Assembly: GCA_002269645.1 (NCBI GenBank)
Contig: NIVC01001803.1
Coordinates: 30,123-94,122, forward strand
Length of the DNA: 64,000 bases
Origin: Macrostomum lignano
Lineage: Eukaryota
Direction: 5' to 3'
The notes under the pieces were generated by a model. The model saw only the letters and a list, made by a program, of their open reading frames with translations, searched no databases and was not told the origin of the DNA. Every line of letters begins with the position of its first letter. The first letter of the stretch is position 1. Position numbers and translations under genes: made by a program. Below, in pieces: positions 26,451-39,100 of the stretch.

Positions 26451-26689
26451 CAGGGTTCGGAAGGATCCCCCAATTTCATTTTTATAAGCAGTTGAGTTAA
26501 GCAAACATGGCAGCCACTCAGTGCTGAGAGTCGGGCAGCTCCGGTATGCTAGAGTCACACATGAGTATATTTGATCAATTCGTTACAAAGCTCACAACAT
26601 AGCGATAGCAGCTGATGGTAAACAGCAAAGAGCCTGAGTACAATTTGGCATTTGAGCAGCATTACTGCTTGAGAGTAAAATAAATCATA

Positions 26690-27992
26690 CGAGGGGTATT
26701 CAATAAGTTTCCGGATGCACGAAGTGGGAATGTTATCTACACAATTTAGCATAGCAGGTATAATAATGTACATTATTTTTTATTATATTTGTGCAATATT
26801 AGACAAATTGACTCTATAAAGCCTGTGCTGCGCACACTAAAAGTTAGCATACCCCTTTAACACGGATAATACACAATGGAGCTCAACAGAGGCCATTGGA
26901 GAGCAATGGTTTATAATAACTACAAAATGGGTTTAAGGCAGCAGGAGAGCTTTGAGAAACTTTAAGCGGCTTTTGTCAATGAAGCACCTTCCAGCACTAT
27001 ATTTTTTGAGTGGTTTGCCGAAGTTTCGACGTGGCCAGCGGAGTCTGGATGATGAAGAGTGCAGTGGCTGGCCCACCTCCGCAGCAAGGAATGAGAATGT
27101 TTCTGCTATTCGGGCCATTATTTAGGATGATGCCAGGGTTGACTGTGTCTCAGATAGAGGCCGAAATGGGCATCTCATCGGGAGCCATCCGCAAGATACT
27201 GCACTCGGGCTCAACCTGAGCAAGGTTTCTGCACGTTGGGTGCCTCATCACCTGACGGAGGAGCAAAGGAGGCTCGGGTGGCTTGGTGCCATGCCATGCT
27301 TGATAGATTTGATGGTGGCCGCTTAAACTCGGTCTGGAAACTCGTCAGTGGTGACGAATCCTGGATCTGTAGTTTTGACCCAGAGACCGAGCAGCAGTCG
27401 ACCCAGTGGACACGAGTTGCAGACGCTCCATCATTGAAGCTGCAGCGAGAGAGCAGCGTGGCAAAGCAGATGGTGGCCGTTTTTGTGATGAAAGCTGGTC
27501 ACCTAGCGACCGTGCCACTTGTGCAGCAGCGCACGGTCACCGGCAACTGGTATACCAACTGCTGCCTGCCAGAAGTGCTGAATTGTCTCTCTAGTTGCCG
27601 CCTCAAAGACTCGAGCTCGGGGTGTGCTTCTTCATCACGACAACGCTCCCGCCCACAAGTCCAGGCAAGTGGTCGAATTCCTGGCTGGAGAAGGCACTGA
27701 AGAGCTCGGCCATCCATCCTACAGCCCAGACCTGACCCCGTGCGACTTCTACGTGTTTCCGCAAACCAAGAGGAAGATGTGTGGCAGTCGCTATTTATCG
27801 CCAGAAGCTGCAGTCAAGGCCTTCATCAAGCATGTCAGGGGGTGCGAAGTTCAGAGTGGTCCGGCTGTTTCAATAATTGGTTTGAAGGGATGCAACAGTG
27901 CATAAACTCTTCTTGAGAGTGCTTTGAAAAAATATGACTGTCAGTTGCTCTATAACTATTTCAGTCTTTTCACATTCGGAAACTTATTGAAT
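26690..27992 (+). mobile_element. Decayed mariner (DD34D) element inserted downstream of kinase C
   Basis: TA|CGAGGGGTATTCAATAAGTTTCCGGATG is the 5' TIR; the partial 3' TIR CATTCGGAAACTTATTGAAT lies at 27973-27992. The frameshifted transposase from ATG 26876 has WVPHHL, GDESW, HHDNAPAH and YSPDLTPCDF. The flanks rejoin sequence homologous to 3060-3490. Confidence 0.92.
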
Positions 27993-28305
27993 TCAAAGAG
28001 TTTAAGCGCAGTCACAGCCTGTCTGCGGGAAATTCATAAAAAAGTTCTAGGATAAATAAAGTGAAAATCGAGAGAACTTGAGACAATGAAAATTTAAGTA
28101 GACTTTGCCTGAACTTTGAGCAGCTCAATAAAAGATGAAAAATCTATGCCAAAGTACAAATCACAAAGTACGAGTACAGGTACATACGATGGTGTGTAAT
28201 TTTCAGCCCTACAAAAACGCTCTAGTGGAAAAAATCTGAAGAATCGAAACGCCAACTGAGGCGCCCTATGAAAAGTTCCAAAGCCGAGTATTGTAGGCAG
28301 GACTG

Positions 28306-29307
28306 TCAAAACTTTGCTCGCTTAGCTCTGTGAGTCTGACTTGGCGGGTCATTTCTAAAAATTTTTTTCGCATTTTCAGTCTGGATTCTTTCGCTTGTCA
28401 GAAACTCGTGCTCCAGCAGCTCCTGTGCTGAGTTTCTCTTCCTGCTGTCCTTGGCGGTGCAGCCGCTGTAGAAATCCGTCAGCTCTGCGGACCGGCCGCT
28501 CCTGCCAAGATGCTTAAACAACTCACGGGCGCTTCTAGCATCGACGAAAGGCTTGGTGCCCGAGACAATCTGGAAGACCGAGCAGCCGAACGCCCAGATG
28601 TCCGACTCTCTGCTGTGCTGCACGCTGTTCGACTCTACCAACTCTCCCGCTCCGAGCAGCTCAGGCGCCATGAAGTTCAGAGAGCTTTTGGGTGTCTCTG
28701 GGAAAGATGCGTGGCGGATGACTATCTGCTCCAGCTTGATTGACAGGCCGAAGTCGATCAGCTTCATTCGCGTGTTGTCAGCACAAACAATCATGTTGGA
28801 GCAGTTGATGTCTCTGTGGATCACGGGCGGCTGCCGGCTGTGCAGGTAGAGCAGCGCGCGGCAGATCTGGGAGCGGTCGGTCAGTGAGCAGTCATCATTC
28901 TGGGAACATGGAACAGGAGCATCAAGGATGCACAATGCTCACCTGCTCGCTGAAGTCTCGAATCGTCAGCTCGTCCAGCGGCTTTTTGTCGATAAACCTC
29001 TCCAAGCTTCGGCCGTCTAGCAGCTGCATGAACACAACGACTGTGTTGGGCTCCGGCTGAGCGATGTGCAAGAACCTGACGATGTTGGTATGCCGCAGTC
29101 GGCACAGGTTTCTCTCGATCTCGACAGCTCTGTGGATCTCTGTGCTCACAGAGGTTTGCTCTTCACCGAGCTGCACAGGCAGTCTGAGAGTCTTGGTAGC
29201 GCACGTGACGCCCGTGTCAGTTCGAACTTCGTGGACTTCGCCGAAGCCTTCGCGGCCGATAAGGCGAACGGCGTCCCAGCGCTCCAGGAACGGGGGGGCC
29301 TTCGGGT
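28306..29307 (-). pseudogene. Kinase copy C lacking upstream ankyrin exons; degraded
   Basis: Same exon structure (intron 28867-28942) and HRDINCSN/DFG/APE motifs. Lesions: Gly-loop GREGFG, KSSLNFMAPE, a 7-aa deletion in the C-lobe and an extra G in the run at 29292-29298. Confidence 0.75.
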
Positions 29308-29385
29308 CTGAGAGAATGCGAATTGAGGCAATGAGGGATAATTTGCATGCTGTAGCTGTGTGTGCTGTAGCTGTGTGCTGTAGCT

Positions 29386-29950
29386 GCCGGCGACCAGCCT
29401 GCCGGCGACCAGCCTGTCGGCGACCAGCCTGTTGGCGACCAGCCTGCCGGCGACCAGCCTGCCGGCGACCAGCCTGTCGGCGACCAGCCTGTTGGCGACC
29501 AGCTTGTTGGCGACCAGCCTGCCGGCGACCAGCCTGTCGGCGACCAGCCTGTTGGCAACCAGCCTGCCGGCGACCAGCCTGCCGGCGACCAGCCTGCCGG
29601 CTACCAACCTGCCGGCGACCAGCCTGCCGGCGACAGCCTGCCGGCGACCAGCCTGCCGGCGACCAGCCTGCCGGCGACCAGCCTGCCGGCGAGCAGCCTG
29701 CCGGCGACCAGCCTGTCGGCGACCAGCCTGTCGGCGACCAGCCTGTTGGCGACCAGCCTGTCGGCGACCAGCCTGCCGGCGAGCAGCCTGCCGGCGACCA
29801 GCCTGTCGGCGACCAGCCTGTTGGCGACCAGCCTGTTGGCGACCAGCCTGTTGGCGACCAGCCTGTCGGCGATCAGCCTGCCGGCGACCAGTCTGTAAAC
29901 GACCAGCCTGTCGGCAACCAGTCTGTTAATGACCAGCCCGCTGGCGAGCA
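29386..29950. repeat. 15-bp minisatellite (GGCGACCAGCCTGYC), translating as QPAGD/QPVGD
   Basis: Directly visible. A 1-bp loss near 29634 shifts its frame. Confidence 0.93.
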
Positions 29951-30116
29951 GCATCTATTATGTCCTGTTTGCAGGAGTTTTGCAATTCCAGCGGCTTTTA
30001 AAGTTGTGGTGCCATGTGGCCACGGCGTTGGTGCTGACACTATTTGGCGCATGCAGCAGCGCTGTCCGTTGTGCCGCGGGCGTTTGGACATGCACATGCG
30101 TATAATTGGTGGGTAG
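29634..30116 (+). CDS. Candidate ORF: QPAGD repeats followed by a degenerate C-terminal RING-HC finger
   Basis: LLCPVCRSF..VVVPCGHGVGADT..RCPLCRGRLDMHMRIIGG*. The first CxxC, PCGH and final CPLCR are present, but the third CxxC pair is lost. No clear start codon. Confidence 0.45.
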   Translation, partial: QPAGDQPAGDQPAGDQPAGEQPAGDQPVGDQPVGDQPVGDQPVGDQPAGEQPAGDQPVGDQPVGDQPVGDQPVGDQPVGDQPAGDQSVNDQPVGNQSVNDQPAGEQHLLCPVCRSFAIPAAFKVVVPCGHGVGADTIWRMQQRCPLCRGRLDMHMRIIGG

Positions 30117-30194
30117 TTTGTTGGATAGGTTTTTCTGAAGTTTATTTAAAATTTGTTGTGACCAAAAAATAAAGGTGGAATTGCACTTTAAAAT

Positions 30195-30865
30195 TGCCGC
30201 CCACATGATTGATAGCTTTGGTAGCGCTTTGTGACCAGATGGCCAAGGACCCACATGGACCCCACCTGTAGCCAAGGTGCAATAGTTGGTCACTCGATCA
30301 TGGTATGACCGAGTGGCTGCCACCACTCTATGTGACCTGGCGCACCTGGATCTTTCTACCAGACCTCTCGAGGCTAGAGCCCCGCCTGGGATGGTTATCA
30401 GGAGATTTAGGCTAACAGGGGAGACACATGCAGCCAAGTACAGGGACTCTGCTTGGGGCATGATCGGGAACTCTGGGCTCAATCTGGAGGATTTCTCAGC
30501 AGGGGATCCTTTGTGGCTGTGAGCGAGGCTGACTTGCGACTCTGATTACTAAGAGTAGTATGAGGCGAACATGTACTGTCTATAGTTTAGATTGCTCAGG
30601 GCGAAGGGACGAGTTAACATGGGGCTGCAACCTTCCTGCTGCCATTCTGTGCCAAGATTCGCTAATCCATCTACTGCACGCACGCACGGCCCCGCAGCAC
30701 GCACTCACAGGCGAGCTTTGCACGGGGGAGGCCATTAGCTTACCCAAACTTCCTTATGCTTTGCCACCCCGGGAGAAAGGCTTAGCAAGCCATGGGTGAA
30801 ATGATGGTGAAAGAGTGAATAATGATGAGGTTAGTTAATAGTTAATTAGGCCCTTAGGCAAATAA
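30195..30865 (+). repeat. Dispersed repeat, 5'-truncated copy, inverted relative to 37732-38487
   Basis: About 670 bp aligns by eye with the reverse complement of 37732-38367, with scattered substitutions. Confidence 0.88.
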
Positions 30866-31329
30866 TCAGGCAATTAGGCGGCTTCACTATTAAGTAAAAA
30901 TACAGCAAAAGGTACGGTATTACAACTGGCTAAGCTCTCTAATCAGACAATGAAAAAATAGGCAAACTCCGGATAAGCAAAGGCAATTAGAGCACAAATT
31001 AGTAATAGGAACTCACCGGCAGCTGCACAGAGAGAGAGAGAGAGAGGCGGAGTGACCGAGGGCGGCTGTAGGCTGCAGTCAGGCAGGCAGTGAAGCGGCG
31101 ATGCGCTGAGGCGACGAGGCGCTGGTGTAGATCAGGCGAAGCTGATGATGCTGGGCGGTATCAGACCGCTGGCCAATAGGCGAGCTCACTTGGGGAGCTG
31201 AAGATAACTTGGCGGTAACAGACCGCGGACCGGCAGGGATTCGTCTCATAGACGAATGGGTCAGAACTCAGTCTGACGGTAAGCCCAAAGAGGCGAAGAG
31301 TTGAGGATTCTCATGCCGAAATCGCTTCC

Positions 31330-31420
31330 TTTTATAGCCTTCCCAGCCGCCGCTCCAAGGTCGTTTCCATGACTCCCTCTCTCTGATTGGCTGCCGGCAG
31401 AATGACGTCAGAATGAGTCA
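31330..31420 (-). promoter_or_regulatory. Candidate Pol II promoter on the minus strand
   Basis: TATAAA (31330-31335), CCAAT (31386-31390), TGACGTCA (31403-31410) and TGAGTCA (31414-31420) occur in the expected order, with a GTGAGT donor about 290 nt downstream (31016). Motif-only evidence. Confidence 0.4.
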
Positions 31421-33382
31421 TGATGAGAAGCATGAGACCAGCATAGCAACATGAGAAATAGAGAAATTGCGCAATCCGGAGGCGGGGTGGGGGGATAATT
31501 GGCGCAGCGGGAGGTCGCGAAAGTGTTGCGTAAGCAAACATTGAGAACAATGGGGCTGGGGTCGAGAACAAAGGAATTGGAAATCGGGGATAATTGGGGA
31601 GAATCGAGAACAATGGAAAAGTAAACATTGGAGAAAAGGTGATAATTAGGTGCGAAAACGAGAAAAGAAAGAGAAAATCGGAGAAAATGTGATAATTGGT
31701 GGGGGTAAAGAGAACAAAAGAATCGAAAATGAGAACAATAGTTCAAGCGGAGGTGGGGTGGGGGTCGCATGAGAAATTTGGGGAGGAGAACAATGGCATG
31801 AGAGAAGGTTGCGCAAGAGAGCGGGATGATTCATCGATGAGTCATCGAGGGGAAGAAGGGGTCACACGACTTGCGTCACCGTTTGGGAGTTTGGGAAAGG
31901 ATGGGAGATCGACGAGCACACAACATACTGTAAGTAGACGTAGAGAAAGAGGGGACAGCGCAAGAAAAGAGTGCAGAGAGAGACAAAAAGAGGGGGGATA
32001 GGGAAAGTACAAGAAGAATAGGGCGGAGCGCAGGGGAGATAAGGTAGAGGGGAGGGTACAGAGAGGGACAGGGAGCTCCGGAAAGGCAGGTGTGGCGGCA
32101 GGGGAGACGGAACCAAGGCAGCAGGGGGGTGCAGCAGAGCGGGAGTCTCCAGGCCTGGTCGGAAACCTGGCCGAGTCTCGACAGCTCTGTGCAGGGGGGG
32201 GGGGTACACGGGATAGGAGGCACTTACGAAAAAGTTCCCATGCCCTATCCCGCGACCAGAGCGTGGTTACATCAGAAGACTGAATTTTTTCGATACAAAA
32301 AAATTCGGCTTTCATTTTTGCCTTTGCGTTTTTTCTTATTGTTGTAGAGAACAACAGATCGGGAACGCGAAATCACAAATTTCAACAATCACTCACGATT
32401 TCATTTTATCACTAGCTACCGTGATTTGTTTCTTCAAATTTCAATTTGAAACAAGTACTGTTTACAGGGTTCTACCGTGTTAAGAATTTGTAGCGAAATG
32501 AAACAGGGTTACCGGTTATCATCCGCTCAAAGAATGGATATTGACAGAATGTTTTTATCAGAGCATAAAACTGTGAATTGGCTGTCTTATACCGATTTGA
32601 ACTATACTGCTTCGTGCGTTGGGCTGCTCAATTTTAGCTTACCACTTTAGACCCTCCCCCTCCACTGAACTGATCGATTTACACTGATCGATCGGTACAG
32701 TACTTCTTCGCAATGTACATCGTTCGTCCTAACTACATGTACTCAGTTCTATAATACAATATAAAGGACCAACGCGTCAGTTAAGAAACGCTGTTTACAA
32801 CTTGCGGCTCAAGCCAATTCAATCGCTTCGTCTCAATCTTAATTCATCACAAAAACTGTAAGTGAAATTAGTAGGACTATTAGTGCTTCACATTCTGCTG
32901 TTTGACGCTATCTTATTTCTAAAAGAAGTAAAATCACTCGAAGGGAAAACGAAAAAAAATGGAATTTTGAACATGTGATTTATATTGGCACCCTTGTTAA
33001 GAAATCTGAGGGACGCATCTCAGCTGGTGGCATCTGCCTAAAATTGAAGTTCTTATGTATTTAGTAACAGCCTATATTTATAACTGTGAAGCAAACAAAA
33101 CCTATTTATGCTTCAGAACAGAAGTTGGGGATTCTCTTGGTCTTTGTTCCTGCTTTGGTTTCTCTTGGCTTTAGAAAAAGCATAACTTCTCGAAGCCTTT
33201 GTTCGCTTCGCTGACCAGTTTTCCACAGACATACAGAAAAATACGGTCTAATTACTTATATGCTCTGTAGTCATATTTACCCATGGATGAATCACAGACC
33301 TAGATCTCCTCTTAGCCTCTCGTATATACAGCAATATGTTTTGTTATATATTTTATACGTAAATGTATAGTAATAAATACTA

Positions 33383-33927
33383 CAGGGTGGGCGGAAAGTA
33401 ACTCCCTATTTTAAATTACTTATAAATTGTATATAATTTGTTACTGCTTTGTCATATTTTTATGATTAATTCTCTCAAATGGCACAATTTTATTGATAGT
33501 TTCGTTTTTGATTTCAGATAAAACTGTAACATGGCTCAGCAGTTAACACTTCAGGAGCGTGCCCAGTTGGCGTCACGATTTGAAGGGGTGGTCCACATGA
33601 ATGGCCATCCAGGAGCCCGGATTTGACGCCCTGCGACTTTTTTCTTTGGAGTTGGGTAAAGGAAGAAGTCTACCGGTCCAAACCAACGACACTCGAAGAA
33701 CTGGAGGATCAAATAAAGGGAGTCATGTCCACCATCCCAGCGGAGTTTCTGAGAAAGTCAGTGGATACCATTCCTGAACGTTTGCAGCAGCTGGTGGAAA
33801 GATCTGGGGCACATATTGAATTTTAGAGATAACTTACCATTTATGCCTACCTTTTATGATTAATTTTTTGAGAAGAAATAAATATAATGTACATATTAAA
33901 ATAGGGAGTTACTTTCCGCCCACCCTG
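33383..33927 (+). mobile_element. Internally deleted Tc1/mariner-superfamily element (DD41D/rosa-like signature), 545 bp
   Basis: Perfect 32-bp TIRs CAGGGTGGGCGGAAAGTAACTCCCTATTTTAA with a TA on both sides. The transposase N-terminus MAQQLTLQERAQLASRFE is fused to the C-terminus WPSRSPDLTPCDFFLWSWVKEEVY..GAHIEF*. Confidence 0.92.
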
Positions 33928-34204
33928 TATATGACCCCTTCGAGAGGAGTACTTAGTAAGTAATGTTTAAAAATCCTCAGATAAAGGGGATCTTTTGTGG
34001 AAAAGAAGCACGTGTGTAGCTAGCTACATCCAATATGATTGTATTGTTGATCTAGCTTTCCGGTGCAATATTATAAAGTAACGGTACATAAAGAGCCGCG
34101 AAGTGGAAAGCGACATTTCTTAAAATATCTACATGTATATTACGATATTGATAGCTCGTATTTATCATATTTCGATCTTGGATGGGCATTGTCATGAATT
34201 GGTT

Positions 34205-35050
34205 TTCGAAGTTATGATATTTCGGGTTTGTGATGGGCGTTGCTATTTTGGTTTTCGGAGATATGATTTTTCGGGTTTATGATGGACTTTGCTAGCACTT
34301 TCGGAGTTACGATATTTCGGGTTTATGATATTTCGGGTTTGTGATATTTCGGGTTTGTGATATTTCGGGTTTATGATATTTCGAGTTTATGATGAAAAGC
34401 ACTTTTCGGAGTTGTGATTTTTCGGGTTTATGATGCCCCCCATGGTGGCTCTTTAATGTTTGACATGGTAGCCATGACATGGTTCAAGGCAGCCTTCCCT
34501 CTAGGCTACCCCTCCTACTCTACCCCTCCCAGGCAGCCTTCCCAGGCTACCCTTCCCATTCAACCTCTCTTAGGCTGCTACCCTTCCCAGTCAGCCCTAC
34601 TAGGCTACCACTCTACCCTTCCTATTAAACCCATCAGGCTTCCTCCCATTCTACCCCTCCCAGGCTACCCTTTCCAGGCTACCCTTCCCAGGCTACCCTT
34701 TCTAGGCTACCTCTCCAGGCAATCATTCCTGGCTACCCTTCCCAGGCAGCCCTCCCAGGCTAACACTCCCAGGATACCCTTCCCAGGGAGCTATCCCAAG
34801 CTACCCCGTCGAGTTTACCCCTTCCACTATACCCTTCCCAGGCTACCTCTCCTAGGCAACCCTCCCAGGCTAACCCTTCCAGGCTACCCCTGCCACTCTA
34901 CCTCTCCTAGGCATCCCTCCCAGACAGCCCCTCAGACTCCCCTCCTACTCTACCCTTCCCAGGCAGCCCTTCCAGTCTACCCCTCCCAGGCAGCCCTTCC
35001 AGGCTACTCCTCCCAGGCTACCCCTTCCATGGCAACCACTTCCAGGCTCC
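34205..35050. repeat. Two adjacent degenerate tandem arrays (GATATTTCGGGTTTRT; CCAGGCTACCCT)
   Basis: Directly visible. They explain the Pro-rich 34414..35094 ORF. Confidence 0.8.
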
Positions 35051-36148
35051 CACTGTGCCCCTGTGTACTGTCTCTATTTATGTTCGAAACTTAAAAGATT
35101 GTTTCGTTTCGGTATTATTAAAAAAGATAATAAGCTTCATTATTTACATCAGAAGCATCACTCTCATTTCAGGTGCGTACATGCGAGTCAGCTAACGCTG
35201 ACGCCGCACTTTGTATTCGGCTTTCCAACGGGGAACTGTGCGTTTATGAAAGCCATTTGGGATTTGGAATGCCAGAAAAGATATTATATTTTGCAAGGAT
35301 CAGATAAATGCTGCCAGGCTTCGGCTGCAGTGACCACTGGCTCAAGCGGAGGACGATCGATGCTCCGTGTGCTATCACCGGTTCCGCGACGACCTTAGCG
35401 AACAGAGGCAAAGTGAGAGTAATTTAATAAACATTATTATGACCTGAACGATTGTCTGAAGTGATACGTGTTCGTGGGACTTACACCCTGGCGATGCGCA
35501 GTTCTGTACCAGCGGTTTGTAGTTGCTGTGTAGCGAAGTTTCTGCGGGCAGCTCTATGTTGCGCGCATTACTTCAGTTGTTTTTGCGTAGCTGCAAAAAT
35601 TTATTCTATCCAAGCGGCACATTACCTTTGCGTTTACTGAGAGTGTAAATATTTTTTGTCTGAATAACAAATAAAAAGCATTTTGCTCGATCGATGTCAC
35701 CCCGGTAATTTGGCTGTTGCGCCACGCATTTTCGCGCAGATTTAGAAGTGTCCGAAATCGTCCAAGTAAAACTTTAATTTGGCTACTGATATATGTTTTT
35801 CGTCAATTTTGTATGTAGTAATACCAGTTTCTCTTATCTAAAATCACTATTGAATACAAGCTAATTATATGAAGAAATTATTTATATATGATTCTCAAAT
35901 TAAATTTGATCTGTTCAATCATGATGACATGTTTAAGGATATGACCAAGACTAACAACAATAGCTAGTTGAACATTATGTTTTCCTGCGGATATTAAGGA
36001 GTGCCATAGAATTTTTTATTCTTGCAAATAGAGTATTGCAAATAGGATTTAATCATTTCCTATATGTATAAAATACTGCGTGTTTACCATAAACAGTAAA
36101 ATGCTCGTTTCTAAATGCTATTATATCATGATATTTTGATATTATCAG

Positions 36149-39100
36149 ATCAACAGAAGGAGTTGGCAGCCAAGTTTAGGTCTCTCAGCGAGACGGAAAA
36201 ACAACGGCTGGCTGCAAACGGCAGCTAAGACTGCCCCGAAGCTCTCAACGATAGAGAAAATGGTAACAGCATTTTTATATTTGCTTAGCAGACTCACTTT
36301 TATATCACTATAAAACTTGCTGTCACCTATCGCAAAAATTTAGCTTCGCAAGGACCCATCGTGGAGATTTTTTTATTGTGGCCCGCGAGAATAGGCAGCC
36401 ATACTTTTCATGCAGCCCAGAAGACGTAGAACCCCATCAATTGGCGCGGCAAGTGGCAGAGGTATGAGCCACCTCTAATCGGTTAATTACTGTCTCACGC
36501 TTTCTCTTGCTGAATGAATAATGCTCTAATTGAACAAATTTTTAGAAGCTTCTGGGCCATTTACCATTGCTAACATTTTTAAGTTATTTTTTTATTTGCA
36601 CTGCTTCATTAAGCAATGCGATAAAGGTAATTTTATTTACTGGAGATCAGTTTGTGTTTTGAGATTAAAACACATGTAGCATGTTCTGTTTCTGTTTCCC
36701 CTTAATCACTGAGACTGAGTTATCCGTCTTTAAAGGTGATGAAATAACTTTTGCATTTTTGTCTATAAGGACCTGTGAATTTAAATGGCGATCTTGTTCG
36801 TTTGTTCTACATTTCGTTCTTCGTTCACCACATAAACGTTTTACTAACGTTCTAAATTATTAGTTTTCTCATATGAGGCAAGTAATATAAGTGTTAAGAA
36901 AAATACAATAATTTCAAATGACTAAGGCATAATATTTGATTTCTTTCCAGTTCCAGGCGACGTCAGCAAATCCGAAGTCAACGAGCAATTCGAATATCTT
37001 AACTGGCCGAACGGGCCGCACTCTGGCGGGCCGAACTCCGGCAAGCCGAACTCCAAGGGGCCGCACTCTGGCGGCCCAAGAAGCAGAGGGCCGAACTCCG
37101 GCGAGCTGCTTTCCGGCGGGCTGCACTCCGGCAAGCTGAACTTCAAGGGACCGCACTTCGGCGGGCCGCACTCCGGCGGGCCGCACTTCGGCGGGCCGCA
37201 CTCCGGCGGGCTGCACTCCGGTGGGCCGCACTCCGGCGGGCCGCACTCCGGTGGGCCGCACTCCGGCGGGCCGCACTCCGGCGAGCCGCACTCTTGCGGG
37301 GCGAACTTCGGCGGGCCGAATTCCAAGGGGCCGCACTCTGGCGGCCCAAGAGGCAGAGGGCCGAACTTCGGCGGGCCAAGAAGCAGTGAAGGAGAAAATG
37401 TTTTCTACGAAGATCGAGAAATTTTAGTTCTTGCCGACTAATTCATTCTTGCGCTTATTTGTTAGCACAAAAAAATGATAAAATGATTATAATTTGATCG
37501 TTGGGGGATAGGCAGCTAGGTTTCGGGGGCAGGGCAGCTGTGTTGGGGGGGGGGGTAGGGCAGCTAGGTTGGGGATAGGCAGCTAGATAAGGGGCAGGGC
37601 AGCTGGGTTGGCGGGGCAGGGCGGCTGGGTTGGCGGGGCAGGGCAGCTAGCTGGGTTAGCAAAGATTAAATTTGCTATCTTTGTTATCTAATCGTTTCAA
37701 AAAATTGTTTGAAAAGTTTTTCAGTTACTTAATTTGCCTAAGGGCCTAATTATTACCTATTAACTAACATCACTCATGGCTTGCTAAGCCTTTCTCCCGG
37801 GGTGGCAAAGCATAAGGAAGTTTGGGTAAGCTCTCCCCGTGCAAAGCCCGCCTGTGTGTGAGTGCTGCGGGTCCGTGTGTGTGTGCAGTAGAGGGAATTA
37901 GCGGGTCTTGGCACAGAATGACAGTAGGAAGGTTGCAACCCCATGCTGACGCGTCCCTTCGCCCTGAGCAATCTAAACTATAGACAGCACATGTTCGCCT
38001 CACACTACTCTTAGTAATTGAAGCTGCAAATCAGCCTCGCTCACAGCCACAAAGGATCTCCTGCTGAGAAATCCTTTAGATTGAGCCCAGAGTTCGCTAT
38101 CATGCCCCAAGCAGAGTCCATGTACTCGGCTGCATGTGTCTCCCCTGTTCGCCCAAATCCCCTGGTAACCAATCCAGGCGGGGCTCTAGCCTCGAGAGGT
38201 TTGGTAGTAAGATCCAGGTGCGCCAGGTCACATAGAGTGGTGGCAGCCACTCGGTCATACTATGACCGAGTGACCAACTATTGCACCTTGGCTACAGGTG
38301 GGGTCCATGTGGGTCCTTGGCCCTCTGGTCACGAAGCGCTACCAAAGCTATCAATCATGTGGGCGGGACAGTCTGGTGCTGGAGGTCCGTCAGGTCATTG
38401 CCCGGTCATAGGCAGCCTACGGTCATTGTCCCCTCTGGTCATGCGTTCGTCTCCCAACGGAGCGGACGGGCGACAAGGGCGGTTACATCATGATGTATTA
38501 ATTATAGAATGCTATGTATCATTACACAGTAGATTTACAATTAACTATAAAAAAGAGCTAAATTCTATTTCAATTGCAACCAGATGGCCCAGCCTGCCAA
38601 AACAACAAGCAGATGAGATCGGACAATCTCCAATCACATCTCGCGGAAAAAACATCTGGCCAATCAAAAAGTAATTGATGTGACGCTTAAGTTTTCGCAT
38701 GCAAAAACCAAGCAATGAGTATTAATGTGCAGTTTTTTGCACCTGCTTCAGGCTGCGAGCTGGCCTTTGGGACCACATGAAGGCGGTGCAGTCCCAAACT
38801 CCTGCGCAGCTGAAGGCAATTTTCGACAAAACGGAATTACTGTTAAACTATTCGCAAGAATATTTTAACAGTTTTGAAGACTTTTTGGCCAGCGGTGCCT
38901 GGCCTGCGAATCTGCCGCCGCACCCTGCCACCGTAAGTCGGCCGAGCGCAAGCGCCAGTGTCGGCGCTGGCACTGTCGCTGAAGCTGCCGACAGGGTGAG
39001 TCTGCCGCTGTAAGCCGGCCGAGCCCAAGTGCCAGCAGTGTTACTGAAGACGCCGAAACTGCCGGCAGCAAAAGACGAAGGCTCTCGGCGGCTGCCGAGC

